Virus record (IMG/VR): IMGVR_UViG_2690315917_000002
Location: 11,819 to 75,818 of that record
DNA length: 64,000 nt
DNA from: a virus
Lineage: Duplodnaviria > Caudoviricetes
Strand: one strand, 5' to 3'
Shown one piece after another: positions 9,346-18,877 of this stretch. Made by a program: the position numbers and the translations under genes. Position 1 is the first letter of the stretch, and every line of letters begins with the position of its first letter. Below the pieces are notes generated by a model that was not told the origin of the DNA, made no database searches, and saw nothing but the letters and a program-made list of their open reading frames with translations.

Positions 9346-10293
9346 CTACTTTCCGGAAGATTTCTCCCCCCCTGAATTTTCCTGCATCTGCGCCGCATCC
9401 TCATTCGCAGCCTGAACTGCCAAAGCCTCTATGTTTTCCTTGGAAGCCCAGGCTCGAGCGTTCGGCAGCAGAGTCTTTCGGATGTCATCAACCTCGACTC
9501 TACGCCCGGCTGGAAACGCCGCGTCGCACATGTCCCCGTACGTGATCTTTTCCCCCGTGAGTCGACGCCAGTGATCCAATACAAGCAGTGGCACGTATCC
9601 ACTCTGTATCCAGCGGGAATAGTCCGCTCGAGAGAACGGGCGCTTGGCCGCACGGTGACTGTCTAGCTGCCTCATCGCCGCCAACCACTTATCAAAGTCC
9701 TGTCGAATGGTGGCATCTGGGACGCTTAGATCAATCGCGACAGCCCTATTGTTGGTCAAAGGCAGTGCTGACTTAGCGAACTCAGGGGAGTCACGGAGCG
9801 CGACAAAGAATGGTATACGTCCGAATTCTTCATAGGTCCGGACCTGATCCTTAGCTTCTAGCCAGGCTTCGTAATCCGCACTTAGCTCACATTCGATGAC
9901 GCGCCGGGAGCTACGAACCAAGTCCTGAGAGCCCTCCAGTTGTTCTAGACGCGCTGCCATTTGCGCGACCGTCCAATTGGTGATCGATGCAACGCTCCCA
10001 AAGGCGTAGACCTCCGGGTTGGAGGCATACTTTTCTTTCCACCACTCGTGCCCCTGCCTTCCTAGGCTCTTCTGAAGGTTGCTGAACATCTTTTCGAGCT
10101 CCACTCGATGCTCAGCGTCATCCTCTACAACAGAATGCAGGATCTCGCTGACGTCACTCACGATGGAGAGCTCAACCAGGAGATTCAACCAGTCCTCGGT
10201 AGCGAAGTCCGTCAAATCGCCGTAAGCATTCAGATCGAACCAGTCGGGAATTCGGCTGGCGGATTTCGTGCGGGCCACGTAGTTCCTCCTCAA
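9346..10293 (-). CDS. Hypothetical island protein (DUF6387-like)
   Basis: IPDWFDLNAY...IDLSVPD.TI..DF..WL, typical of genes upstream of alpA/xis in P4-like islands. Confidence 0.6.
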   Translation of the reverse strand: MRRNYVARTKSASRIPDWFDLNAYGDLTDFATEDWLNLLVELSIVSDVSEILHSVVEDDAEHRVELEKMFSNLQKSLGRQGHEWWKEKYASNPEVYAFGSVASITNWTVAQMAARLEQLEGSQDLVRSSRRVIECELSADYEAWLEAKDQVRTYEEFGRIPFFVALRDSPEFAKSALPLTNNRAVAIDLSVPDATIRQDFDKWLAAMRQLDSHRAAKRPFSRADYSRWIQSGYVPLLVLDHWRRLTGEKITYGDMCDAAFPAGRRVEVDDIRKTLLPNARAWASKENIEALAVQAANEDAAQMQENSGGEKSSGK

Positions 10294-10306
10294 TTGAAAC
10301 TGCCTC

Positions 10307-10864
10307 TTACCGAGGCCCTACATCTATGGGTGACAATTCGAAGGCTGGATGATCAGACCTATCAGGGATCAGCGACCGGACAGGAACGTTGCGCCTTCCT
10401 GCGTACTCCTCAACACTGACAGAAGACAGGTCGGTGAGTGCTGCCTCCAGCTGGTCCATTGTGTAAACCTCTTCAACACCCTTGTCAGCACAGATGCCGC
10501 GAAGCAAGGCCTCTATCAGCGGCGATCCGCACCCGAAGAAACCCTCTAAGATCCCCTTGTGTACTTCTCCAACGCTACCGCCGTGGGCCTCAGCCACGGA
10601 GCAGACAATATCGGCGAGATGGGCACTCCCGCTAGTGCGCGGGTCCGCTGCAGCCGCCCTGAGAGCTTGGAGGAAGGCGATGCAGCAGACCCTCCCCACC
10701 TCGCGGCCCATCAGATGCCCACGGGCTTCCGGCATCCGCCAGTAGTCCCCGACCTTGGCATGACTCTGGCGGTAGAACGGCAAGCGCTGAATTGGGTTCG
10801 CGCGGGTCCGATTAAACCGGATCGGTCTCCGGAACCTGCCGCTGCTACCGGCCATCGTCGCCAC
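10307..10864 (-). CDS. Hypothetical protein
   Basis: Co-oriented ORF in island operon. Confidence 0.55.
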   Translation of the reverse strand: MATMAGSSGRFRRPIRFNRTRANPIQRLPFYRQSHAKVGDYWRMPEARGHLMGREVGRVCCIAFLQALRAAAADPRTSGSAHLADIVCSVAEAHGGSVGEVHKGILEGFFGCGSPLIEALLRGICADKGVEEVYTMDQLEAALTDLSSVSVEEYAGRRNVPVRSLIPDRSDHPAFELSPIDVGPR

Positions 10865-11537
10865 CCCTATGACTATCCGTGAACCGCTTCATGACTGTGG
10901 CAACATCCTTCTCCCATTGGTGCATCCATGCCTTTGCCCTTCGCCGCGCGGTCGAAACTGAAATGGGGCGTCCGGCCTGTACAGCCTCCTGCAGTATCCG
11001 CTCTGAGATACGCGTCAAATTGTCCAGATCAGCTTGGCGGTCTTTGGCAGCCAAAGCTCTGTCCCTCGACCTCTGCTGGCGACGCAATCGACTTTCAGCC
11101 CTCTCAGCCGCTGCTTCCGTGGCTAGTCTGTCTTTCGCGATGACAGACTTAGGAAACGCGAGTGGGAGCATTCGATCCGTGTCCGAGACAGCGGTCGCAT
11201 ACCAATGCACGCCGTGTCGGTAGTGATACAGCGGCTCCTTGAAGAGGTCTGGCCATCCCAGCTCAAATGGTTCTTCATCCAGCGGATGCCAACCTAGCTC
11301 CCTGCCACGAGTGAGGAGCCTGGCTGCAGAAACGGACTCAACAATCACTTCACCGCGCTCGCCGTGATAGCAAAGCCGGAACTTGTGGTCGATTCGAGCA
11401 GCAAGCCAGTCTATGCTGCAGAGCTGATGTCCGATCAAAGTTCGGATCGGTACGCCAGCTTCAAGCAGCGCCTCAATACGGACTTCGAGTACATCCTTTT
11501 CCTGCCCCGCCGTCGCTACAGTCGAGCTGAGCATCAC
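10845..11537 (-). CDS. Hypothetical protein
   Basis: Co-oriented ORF, start overlaps upstream stop. Confidence 0.55.
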   Translation of the reverse strand: MMLSSTVATAGQEKDVLEVRIEALLEAGVPIRTLIGHQLCSIDWLAARIDHKFRLCYHGERGEVIVESVSAARLLTRGRELGWHPLDEEPFELGWPDLFKEPLYHYRHGVHWYATAVSDTDRMLPLAFPKSVIAKDRLATEAAAERAESRLRRQQRSRDRALAAKDRQADLDNLTRISERILQEAVQAGRPISVSTARRRAKAWMHQWEKDVATVMKRFTDSHRGGDDGR

Positions 11538-11764
11538 AGCACCTCCTGCATTGCGTTTCCTGCAGTAGAAGCCCGCTCGCGGATCATGCTGATGGCGGCA
11601 GCTATCGGAGCCGGGAAATCTGCCTCGAACATCGACTGCTCGTTGAAGAGCAGTTGGCAGATTCCCTCAATGTCACCCATGGCAAGGCTTGCTGAGTTCA
11701 GTGCCTGGAAAAGGGCATCTTCCCTGCTCAGGGCCGTCGACCCGCCTTGATTGCGCTTAGCCAT
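11534..11764 (-). CDS. Hypothetical protein
   Basis: Start reset to MAKRNQGG, coupled to upstream gene. Confidence 0.5.
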   Translation of the reverse strand: MAKRNQGGSTALSREDALFQALNSASLAMGDIEGICQLLFNEQSMFEADFPAPIAAAISMIRERASTAGNAMQEVL

Positions 11765-11966
11765 TGGCGCGCTCCCAGAATTCGAGGGCCAACGCGGCGG
11801 CAAAAAGTGCGAGGCACATCCGGTAGGTATTGAGGTCATCGTTGGCGCTGAGCCAACTGTGGCAAGCGCGGACGATCCTGCTGCTGGCCAGTACGGCCGA
11901 AAGTGCGGGCCGGATTTCGGCCGAGCGCGCCCGTTCAGGCGCAACAAGTACAATGCTGCAATCCAT
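11757..11966 (-). CDS. Hypothetical protein
   Basis: GGAG RBS; first ORF after integrase. Confidence 0.45.
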   Translation of the reverse strand: MDCSIVLVAPERARSAEIRPALSAVLASSRIVRACHSWLSANDDLNTYRMCLALFAAALALEFWERANG

Positions 11967-12089
11967 GATCGACTCTCCAATAGTCGGTTGTGGTAGGCCG
12001 AGCTAGGGGTTCCCGCCCCTTTCTCGGCCGCTTTGTTTATGCGGCTGTGCTTCTTTGTCCGGCCCTCCTTAAAGGCCTATCTCCGGTGG

Positions 12090-13304
12090 TTAGGCGCGTT
12101 TGGCTTTGAAGGCCAGCACGTTCGGTTCTGCAACGCGCAGCTGGTCGAGATAGTCAGACCAGGCCTGCATCATCTTCCGGCGTTCCGGTAGGTGGGTTGC
12201 TCGGTTGTAGGCCCGCCCAAGCGGATCCTTTACCGCATGCGCCAACTGATGTTCGATGTAGTCCGGGCGATAGCCAAGCACTTCGTCCAGCACCGTTCTT
12301 GCCATCGCTCGGAAGCCATGGCCAACCATCGTGTCTGAGTCGAAGCCAAGGTTTCGGAGCGCCGCGTTCATCGTGTTCTCGCTCATTGGCTTCAGCGAGC
12401 TGCGGACGCCAGGGAAGACAAATTCGCTCCGTTTCGTATACGGGTACAGCTCCCGGAGAACCTCAACGGCCTGATCGGACAGAGGGACGATGTGCGGCGT
12501 TTTGGTCTTGCTGGTGACGTAGCGCCACTCTGCAGCATCAAGGTCGATGTCAGCCCACTTCGCCTGCCTAAGCTCCCCAGGGCGAACAAACACCATTGGG
12601 GCCAGCTTTAGAGCGGCTTGCGTGACCAGTGCCCCCTGGTAGCCCCACAGCGCGCGCAGGAGGCCTCCTATAACGGCAGGATCAGTCACGCTGGCAAAGT
12701 GCTTGGTCTGAGGCTGTTCAAGCGCCCCTGTGAGGTCCTGAGCGGGATTTCTGTCAGCACGCCCCGTCGCGATGGCGTAGCGGAAGACCCGCCCAGCATG
12801 TGCCCGGGCGCGATGCGCGGTTTCTACAACACCGCGCTGTTCCAACTTCCGCAGCGCAGCCAGCAGTACGGGGGCGGTGATGTCCCCAATAGGCAAATCC
12901 GCCAGTCCAGCCAGATCCTTCTCGATCAGCCGACGCTCACGCACAACCGATCCAGGGGAAAGGCCCTCCTTCGTTCGCTTGGCGAGCAACTCCAAGCCGA
13001 TGGCTCCGAAGGTGTTCGCGGCCCGTTCTCCTTGGACTGCCTTTTCAACCCTGGCCACTTGAGCGGGATTAGCCCCGCCGCGCAGGAGCGAGCGCAGACG
13101 GTCGCGTTCGACGCGGGCAGCCTGCAGCGACATCGACGGGTACTCGTCGAGCGTAACGATGCTGGCCTTTCCCAGATAGCGGTAGCGGTAGCGCCACACC
13201 TTGGCTCCCGAGGGGCGCACTTCAATGCACAAGCCGTTGGCATCAGCCACACGGAAGGGACTGGCCTTCGGCTTGAGCGAGCGCAACTTGGTGTCGGTCA
13301 GCAT
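12090..13304 (-). CDS. int: P4-like tyrosine integrase
   Basis: Arm domain MLTDTKLR...GL.IEV..SG.K.W; catalytic RPGE, HGFR, LAH, AYN. Confidence 0.97.
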   Translation of the reverse strand: MLTDTKLRSLKPKASPFRVADANGLCIEVRPSGAKVWRYRYRYLGKASIVTLDEYPSMSLQAARVERDRLRSLLRGGANPAQVARVEKAVQGERAANTFGAIGLELLAKRTKEGLSPGSVVRERRLIEKDLAGLADLPIGDITAPVLLAALRKLEQRGVVETAHRARAHAGRVFRYAIATGRADRNPAQDLTGALEQPQTKHFASVTDPAVIGGLLRALWGYQGALVTQAALKLAPMVFVRPGELRQAKWADIDLDAAEWRYVTSKTKTPHIVPLSDQAVEVLRELYPYTKRSEFVFPGVRSSLKPMSENTMNAALRNLGFDSDTMVGHGFRAMARTVLDEVLGYRPDYIEHQLAHAVKDPLGRAYNRATHLPERRKMMQAWSDYLDQLRVAEPNVLAFKAKRA

Positions 13305-13480
13305 GTGAGTCGAGCGCCTGTGAGTCGTTTAGGGGGCGTCTAGCCCGCTGACACACAGCCTGACTCACTTTTTTTGTGGATGCAAGTGGATGCCGCTGGA
13401 CGGCACTGGATGCATCGTAGGGCTTAAATCAAGAAACTCAAGGGTTTTGCGGACGTCTCTGGACTTCGCTGGACGTCAAT
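13304..13480. promoter_or_regulatory. att arm region of the island
   Basis: Direct repeat TGTGAGTCG x2 plus inverted TGACTCAC; phased TGGAY repeats between int and the tRNA end. Confidence 0.5.
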
Positions 13481-13481
13481 G

Positions 13482-13526
13482 TGGTGGGCCCACCAGGATT
13501 CGAACCTGGAACCAAGGGATTATGAG
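13482..13526 (-). tRNA. 3' half of tRNA-Ile2/Met (CAT): att-site remnant, not a complete gene
   Basis: CTCATAATCCCTTGGTTCCAGGTTCGAATCCTGGTGGGCCCACCA = anticodon loop, T-arm, acceptor strand and CCA; no 5' half. Confidence 0.85.
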
Positions 13527-13664
13527 GCCTCTATAGGGCTTCCACAACCTTCCACAGGCGTCCCAACTTTAAGCTAAGTCGTTGATTTTCTCAGGTTGTG
13601 CGACCACATGCGCCCATCATCGTCCACATCTTTCCATGGACAAACGGTCACCGAGCGGTCACCA

Positions 13665-15062
13665 ATGGGCGCATCAAAGGGAATGCTTACAGCGAAGGGA
13701 CTGGCCGCACTGCCGGCCGGCGAATGGGCCTCAGATCCGGCGCCGCGCGGCGCGGGCTGCCTGGACGTGCGCAAGCTGGCCGGCGGGCAGCTGCGGTTCT
13801 ACTACAGGTACACGAAGTCCAACGGGCAGCGCGACCGTCTGCTCATCGGCACCGGCCTGGCGCTGACCGCGGCACGCGAAGCGGCGGCGGCGTTGTCACG
13901 GCGGTATCAGGCCGGCCAACGGGATCTGCGCGAGGCGATCGCGGCCGAGGCAGCGGCCGCGGACCGCGCGAAGGCTGAGGCCCTGGCCGAATCGACACGC
14001 CGATCTGGTGCAACACTTGGCGCTCTGATGACAGCCTACGTCCAGAGCTTGCAGGACGCTGGCAAGGTCTCTGCCGCCGCGACGCGCGCTTCCATCAAGC
14101 GCCACATCGAGGATCCGTGGCCAGCCCTCTGGGCGCGCCCGGCGTCCGAGCTTGAGCTGGATGACCTGCTTCCGATCCTGTCGCGACTGGTGCGCGCCAA
14201 GAAGCTGCGCGAGGGCGGCAAGATCCGGTCGTATCTGCGGGCGGCGTATGCAGCCGCGATCGCAGCGAAGCAGGATGCGGCAGCCCCCGACGCTCTGCGC
14301 GTGCTCAACGTATCCAGAAACCCGGCGCGCGACCTGGCCACGCTCGACAGCGGGCAGCCGCGCGACCGGGTTCTGTCGGTGGCCGAGCTTCGTGCTTACT
14401 GGCGCCGGATCGAGGCGATGCCCGGGAGGGAGGGTGCTCTGGTGCGCTTCCACCTGCTGACCGGCGGGCAGCGCATTGCACAGCTGATGCGGCTGAAGTG
14501 GTCTGATCACGATCACGACACGGACACCGGTATCGGATCCGTGCGCTTGCTCGACATCAAGGGGCGTCGCCGCGTGCCTCGCGTGCACCTGGTGCCACTG
14601 CTCCCGCTGATGGCTGCGGATCTCGCCGTCTTGCGCGGCGATGATCACAGTGAAGGCGGCGGCGACGGCGCCAGGCCGCACCTGTTCTCGCTCACCGGCG
14701 GAAAGGCGCCTGCTACCTATGACGAATTCCGGGGAGTCATGGATCCGGTGGTGGCTAGCATGGTGGCCGCCGGAGAGCTGACATCCCCGTTCACGCCGGG
14801 CGATCTGCGACGCACGGTGGAGACTCGGCTAGCTGCGCTGGGACTGTCGCAAGAAGTCCGTGGCCACTTGCAATCCCACGGCCTGAGTGGTGTTCAGAAG
14901 CGGCATTACAACTTCTTCGAGTACGAAGCGGAGAAACGTGCCGCGATCCATTGCCTGTATGAGCTGTTAACCTCAACGCTTGAAAGCTCGTCAAATTCTG
15001 GAACCGCTGTCGGTAACACTCGAACATACTCTTCAATTTCCGGCATCGGCAATCGACGGTGA
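13665..15062 (+). CDS. Tyrosine recombinase/integrase with arm-binding domain
   Basis: TGGQR, GDLRRT, SHG, RHY catalytic pattern; adjacent to att. Confidence 0.88.
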   Translation: MGASKGMLTAKGLAALPAGEWASDPAPRGAGCLDVRKLAGGQLRFYYRYTKSNGQRDRLLIGTGLALTAAREAAAALSRRYQAGQRDLREAIAAEAAAADRAKAEALAESTRRSGATLGALMTAYVQSLQDAGKVSAAATRASIKRHIEDPWPALWARPASELELDDLLPILSRLVRAKKLREGGKIRSYLRAAYAAAIAAKQDAAAPDALRVLNVSRNPARDLATLDSGQPRDRVLSVAELRAYWRRIEAMPGREGALVRFHLLTGGQRIAQLMRLKWSDHDHDTDTGIGSVRLLDIKGRRRVPRVHLVPLLPLMAADLAVLRGDDHSEGGGDGARPHLFSLTGGKAPATYDEFRGVMDPVVASMVAAGELTSPFTPGDLRRTVETRLAALGLSQEVRGHLQSHGLSGVQKRHYNFFEYEAEKRAAIHCLYELLTSTLESSSNSGTAVGNTRTYSSISGIGNRR

Positions 15063-15153
15063 CCGCTGTCGCGTGCGGACACTCAGCTTGTGAGACCACT
15101 GCTTTTACGGCAACCTTGCGAGCATCCGACGGCAGCTTGGCAAGGACGCGTCA

Positions 15154-16623
15154 ATGGCACTCTCAAAGGCATCACATCCGCAGATTGACGCGTCAAACCC
15201 TTGGGCAGGGGATCCCTTGGCGAGGCAGCCCGAGGGAGAGGTTCTAGCCAACCTTATATCAACACTCGGCGACTCTCCATTCGTAATTTCGCTTAAGGGC
15301 GGATGGGGTACCGGAAAATCAATCTTTCTGCGCAGGCTTGGCGCCCACCTTCAAGGGGCCTTAAAGATACCGGTTATTCATATCGACGCGTGGCAATCTG
15401 ATTACGTTGACGACCCCCTCCTAATAATGGCTAGCGCGCTAGGTGACAGACTGGGGGAAATACAAGATGGCCGTATCACCAGGGGGCTGAGCACAATTAT
15501 CTCGGGGCTTGCAGGGTCTGCCGGAAAGATCACTTTGCCAGTTCTATCAGTTCTTGCTTCTGCGCTTCTCCCTGGCGGAGCAAAAGCAGTAGAGCTTGCG
15601 GCGGCAATGCCCCAGATCGCTCAGAACTTCCTAGATTGGGATGGCGAGAGAAAATCTGCTGAATCCGACTTTCGCGCCAGCCTAATAAAAGCTAAAGAAA
15701 AGCTGCACAAGTCTCTAAGAAGTGACTCCGAACTACCCGTTGTTGTAATCGTAGACGAGCTCGACCGCTGCCGCCCAGACTTTGCCATCAAGTTCCTAGA
15801 GCGAATGAAGCATTTCTTTAGCGTTGACGGGATCTGCTTTCTGATAGCGACAGACTATGAGAACTTGCCAAACGCCGTTGAATCCGTCTATGGCCCCAAG
15901 GTGGCGGGAGAACTATATCTAAGAAAATTCTTTGACTTCGAGTTCAACCTCCCTCCCCCCGCAGCCGAAGACCACGCCACTTATCTTTTCAGCACCTTCC
16001 CTGGCGCCGCCGATCCAGCAAGGGCCACTGCGGCTAGGAAGAGGCTGCTCACAATGGGAGGCTACCAAGAATTGTTCAGTGGCCCACGCAGCATTCTAGA
16101 GCAAGCGGAATACACCCTACTCTTTGGCTGGACTGCTTCCGCAATGGAGTTGCAGCTACGCGACACGCTGCAAGCCCACACCCTCCTGATGGCATTCGTC
16201 AGAAGCTACCCGAAAGATTCAATGAGATTCCCCTTTGTAGATTGCTTTATTGCTTGCATGCGCTTCCGAGATCCCGACCATTTCAGAAAGCTCGTAACAA
16301 CTCATGCGGGGCAGTACTCAATTTCGGCTGAGCTTACCTCAAGCGGCAAGATCTCCGGCGCGGTCTTGGGCGCCTTAAATCGCTTCACAGCCATCCGCCT
16401 CGATTCGTCCCTGTTCAAATTTGATAACGAGGTTTCTCGCAAGATCTACGATAACTCGAATAATCCTATACAAGCTCTTGCATACGAATCTCTTTTGAGG
16501 CGAGGCAAAGCGACGGCGAACCACAGTGCCGGGATTCTCACCATAGACGTTGAGAAGTACATACGCGACGTTATAAAACTTTCTGCGGCGTTTAGCCAAG
16601 ATGACCCAATGGCCGATCCCTAA
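15154..16623 (+). CDS. KAP family P-loop NTPase
   Basis: Walker A GGWGTGKS, Walker B VIVDELDRC, YLRKFFD; lower GC than flanks. Confidence 0.9.
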   Translation: MALSKASHPQIDASNPWAGDPLARQPEGEVLANLISTLGDSPFVISLKGGWGTGKSIFLRRLGAHLQGALKIPVIHIDAWQSDYVDDPLLIMASALGDRLGEIQDGRITRGLSTIISGLAGSAGKITLPVLSVLASALLPGGAKAVELAAAMPQIAQNFLDWDGERKSAESDFRASLIKAKEKLHKSLRSDSELPVVVIVDELDRCRPDFAIKFLERMKHFFSVDGICFLIATDYENLPNAVESVYGPKVAGELYLRKFFDFEFNLPPPAAEDHATYLFSTFPGAADPARATAARKRLLTMGGYQELFSGPRSILEQAEYTLLFGWTASAMELQLRDTLQAHTLLMAFVRSYPKDSMRFPFVDCFIACMRFRDPDHFRKLVTTHAGQYSISAELTSSGKISGAVLGALNRFTAIRLDSSLFKFDNEVSRKIYDNSNNPIQALAYESLLRRGKATANHSAGILTIDVEKYIRDVIKLSAAFSQDDPMADP

Positions 16624-16955
16624 TAATGCAATGGCCACTTGATCCGCCAATTGGATAGAACGCCAAGCTTTTAGAGAGCTCAATGCCTACTAAGCGCCTG
16701 ATGGTGCGCTGATTGTGACTGGCTGCCGCCCAGAGTCGCTGCACGCCCTTTCGGCAGCGCGCGCGGCAAGGTATCTCTTTCGAGGTACGACGCCTACTGC
16801 AGCTTGGCCGCAGCCTTGGCCTCCAATCAGGCCGGGGCCTTTTGCCAGCGCTGCAGGATGCCTGTTGAGCTTCGCGCAGTTCGCGACTGCCGTGGCGCCT
16901 GGCCCTCTGTGCGGAACGCGTTCAGGAATCCAAGGGCGACGATCGCGGCCAGCAA

Positions 16956-16971
16956 TTAGTAATTGTACTAA
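16956..16971. promoter_or_regulatory. LexA (SOS) box, Xanthomonadales type
   Basis: TTAGTAATTGTACTAA matches TTAG-N6-TACTA, about 50 bp upstream of umuD. Confidence 0.85.
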
Positions 16972-17020
16972 CATGCGCCCCGTCTCGACCCGTGAGACAT
17001 GCCGCTACCAGAGTACGCCC

Positions 17021-17503
17021 ATGCAGTCCCTTCCCCACTCCCATACGCTGGCCCACCCAGTCGGCCCGGCCATGATCGATGGCCCGGCGCAGTTCGTGCC
17101 CCTTGCCGCAGCGCGCGCGCGGCTTGGCTTCCCTTCGCCGGCCGACGACTTCATGGACGATGCGATCGACCTGCATCGCCTGCTGGTACGCAACCCGGCC
17201 GCCACGTTCCTGTACCGCGCCGATGGCTGGTCCATGAGCGGCGCCGGCGTCAGCGACGGGGACATCCTGGTGGTCGACCGGTCGGTAACCCCCCAGGCGG
17301 GGGACCTGGTCATCGCCATTTGGGACGGGAACCAACCCACCTGCAAGGTGCTGCAGCTCTTCGAACGGCACATGGAGCTGCACTCGGCCAATCCGGACTT
17401 CCCCCCCATCGTGCTGGAGCAATCCACCGAGGTGGAAGTGTTCGCTGTCGTTGGAGTCGTCCGCCAGATCAAACGCCGGAGCGGCCGTGTTCGGGCTCGT
17501 TGA
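17021..17503 (+). CDS. umuD: UmuD/RulA-like S24 peptidase
   Basis: GFPSPADD, GWSM (Ser), TCK (Lys); start uncertain. Confidence 0.9.
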   Translation: MQSLPHSHTLAHPVGPAMIDGPAQFVPLAAARARLGFPSPADDFMDDAIDLHRLLVRNPAATFLYRADGWSMSGAGVSDGDILVVDRSVTPQAGDLVIAIWDGNQPTCKVLQLFERHMELHSANPDFPPIVLEQSTEVEVFAVVGVVRQIKRRSGRVRAR

Positions 17504-18737
17504 CGGCAACAACTTCTACGCCAGCTGCGAGCGCGTGTTCCAGCCAGGCCTTCGCGGCGTTCCGCTGGTGGTGCTGAGCAACAACGACGGCTGCGCGATC
17601 GCGCGCTCGGCCGAGGCCAAGGCGCTCGGCATCAAGATGGGCCAGCCCGCTCACGAACTGAAGCACTTGGTGCGCCGGCATGGCCTGCAGATGCGCTCGG
17701 CCAACTTCGGGCTCTATGGAGACATGAGCGCCCGGGTCGTGAGCGTTCTGCGGGAGGCCGCGCCGCGGGTGGAGGTCTACAGCATCGATGAGAGCTTCAT
17801 CGATCTGGACGGAATCCGGGATCGCGAGCGGTTCGCCCGGGATCTGCGCCAACGTGTGCACCGGTGGACCGGCATACCGAATTGCATCGGCATTGGCCCC
17901 ACGAAGACCCTGGCCAAGTTGGCCAACAAGGTGGCCAAGGGTGCTGACGGTGTGATCGACCTCGGCAATGCGGCCTACCGGGACACGGTGCTGCGGACAT
18001 TCCCCGTCGGTGATCTGTGGGGCGTCGGGCGCCGGCTGGCACCGCGGTTGGAATCCATGGGCATCAGCACCGCCGCGGCACTACGCGACGCGCCGGCGGA
18101 CGACATCCTGACCACCTTCGGCGTCACGTTGGCACGCACCCAACGTGAACTGCAGGGACATCCGTGCATGGAACTGGAGGAAGTTGAGCAGGATCGGCAG
18201 CAGATCATGGTGAGCAGGTCCTTTGCGGATCGGGTGGAAGACCATGACGCGGTAGCTCAGGCGCTCGCTACCTTCGCCGTCAGGGCCTGCGAGAAGCTAC
18301 GCGCCCGCGGCCTTGTCACCGCGGGGGTATGGGTGTTCGCGCATTCCGACACGTTCCGTCCGGAGCTGCGGCAGCACAACGCCACCCGGTCAGTAAACCT
18401 ACCGGCCTCGACCGCTGACACGATGGTGGTGCTGGGTGTCGTCCGCCGGCTGCTGCGCGGCCTGCTGCGGGAGGGCATCGGGTACAAGAAGGCGGGTGTG
18501 GCGCTGCTCGATCTAGCCCGGCCGGAAGAGCTGCAAGCGGATCTGTTCGGGCCCACGGTGGTAGGCAACGAACGGCTGATGGCCACCATGGACCGAATCA
18601 ACCAGAAGTTCGGGCGGGGCACTGCGGGACTCGGTGCGTCAGGTTGGCAGGCTCGGCCGGCCTGGGGCATGCGGCAACACATGCTCTCACCAAGCTATAC
18701 GACTTCTGTCCATGAGATCCCGCGCGTCAATTGCTGA
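17487..18737 (+). CDS. umuC: Y-family DNA polymerase V catalytic subunit
   Basis: LVDGNNFYASCERVF, LSNNDGC, YSIDE, W.MR...LSP.YTT; GTG start. Confidence 0.95.
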   Translation: MFGLVDGNNFYASCERVFQPGLRGVPLVVLSNNDGCAIARSAEAKALGIKMGQPAHELKHLVRRHGLQMRSANFGLYGDMSARVVSVLREAAPRVEVYSIDESFIDLDGIRDRERFARDLRQRVHRWTGIPNCIGIGPTKTLAKLANKVAKGADGVIDLGNAAYRDTVLRTFPVGDLWGVGRRLAPRLESMGISTAAALRDAPADDILTTFGVTLARTQRELQGHPCMELEEVEQDRQQIMVSRSFADRVEDHDAVAQALATFAVRACEKLRARGLVTAGVWVFAHSDTFRPELRQHNATRSVNLPASTADTMVVLGVVRRLLRGLLREGIGYKKAGVALLDLARPEELQADLFGPTVVGNERLMATMDRINQKFGRGTAGLGASGWQARPAWGMRQHMLSPSYTTSVHEIPRVNC

Positions 18738-18877
18738 GGTCCAGCCCTAAGGAGGTGCACGGCATGGGTCTCACCGCCGCCGCTGGCAATCCGCGGTTGC
18801 GCTGAAGAAGTGCGCCCGTCCTTTCATGCAGACAAGAACTGGCCTAAGATCACGCTCTCATTAGGGGGCATCTCAGC

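Larger units (their letters stand above)
1..13526 (-). mobile_element. Phage-satellite-like integrative island carrying a DNA-ejection module (left end outside window)
   Basis: P4-like integrase next to a tRNA 3' end; co-oriented xis/AlpA/antirepressor/Rep genes, iteron origin, ejection genes; no head, packaging or lysis genes in the visible part. Confidence 0.8.

Noticed and set aside
13482-13526. Functional tRNA gene
   Set aside because: 5' acceptor strand and D-arm are absent; att remnant only
16715-17020. N-terminal extension of umuD
   Set aside because: Spans the LexA box/promoter; UmuD similarity starts later
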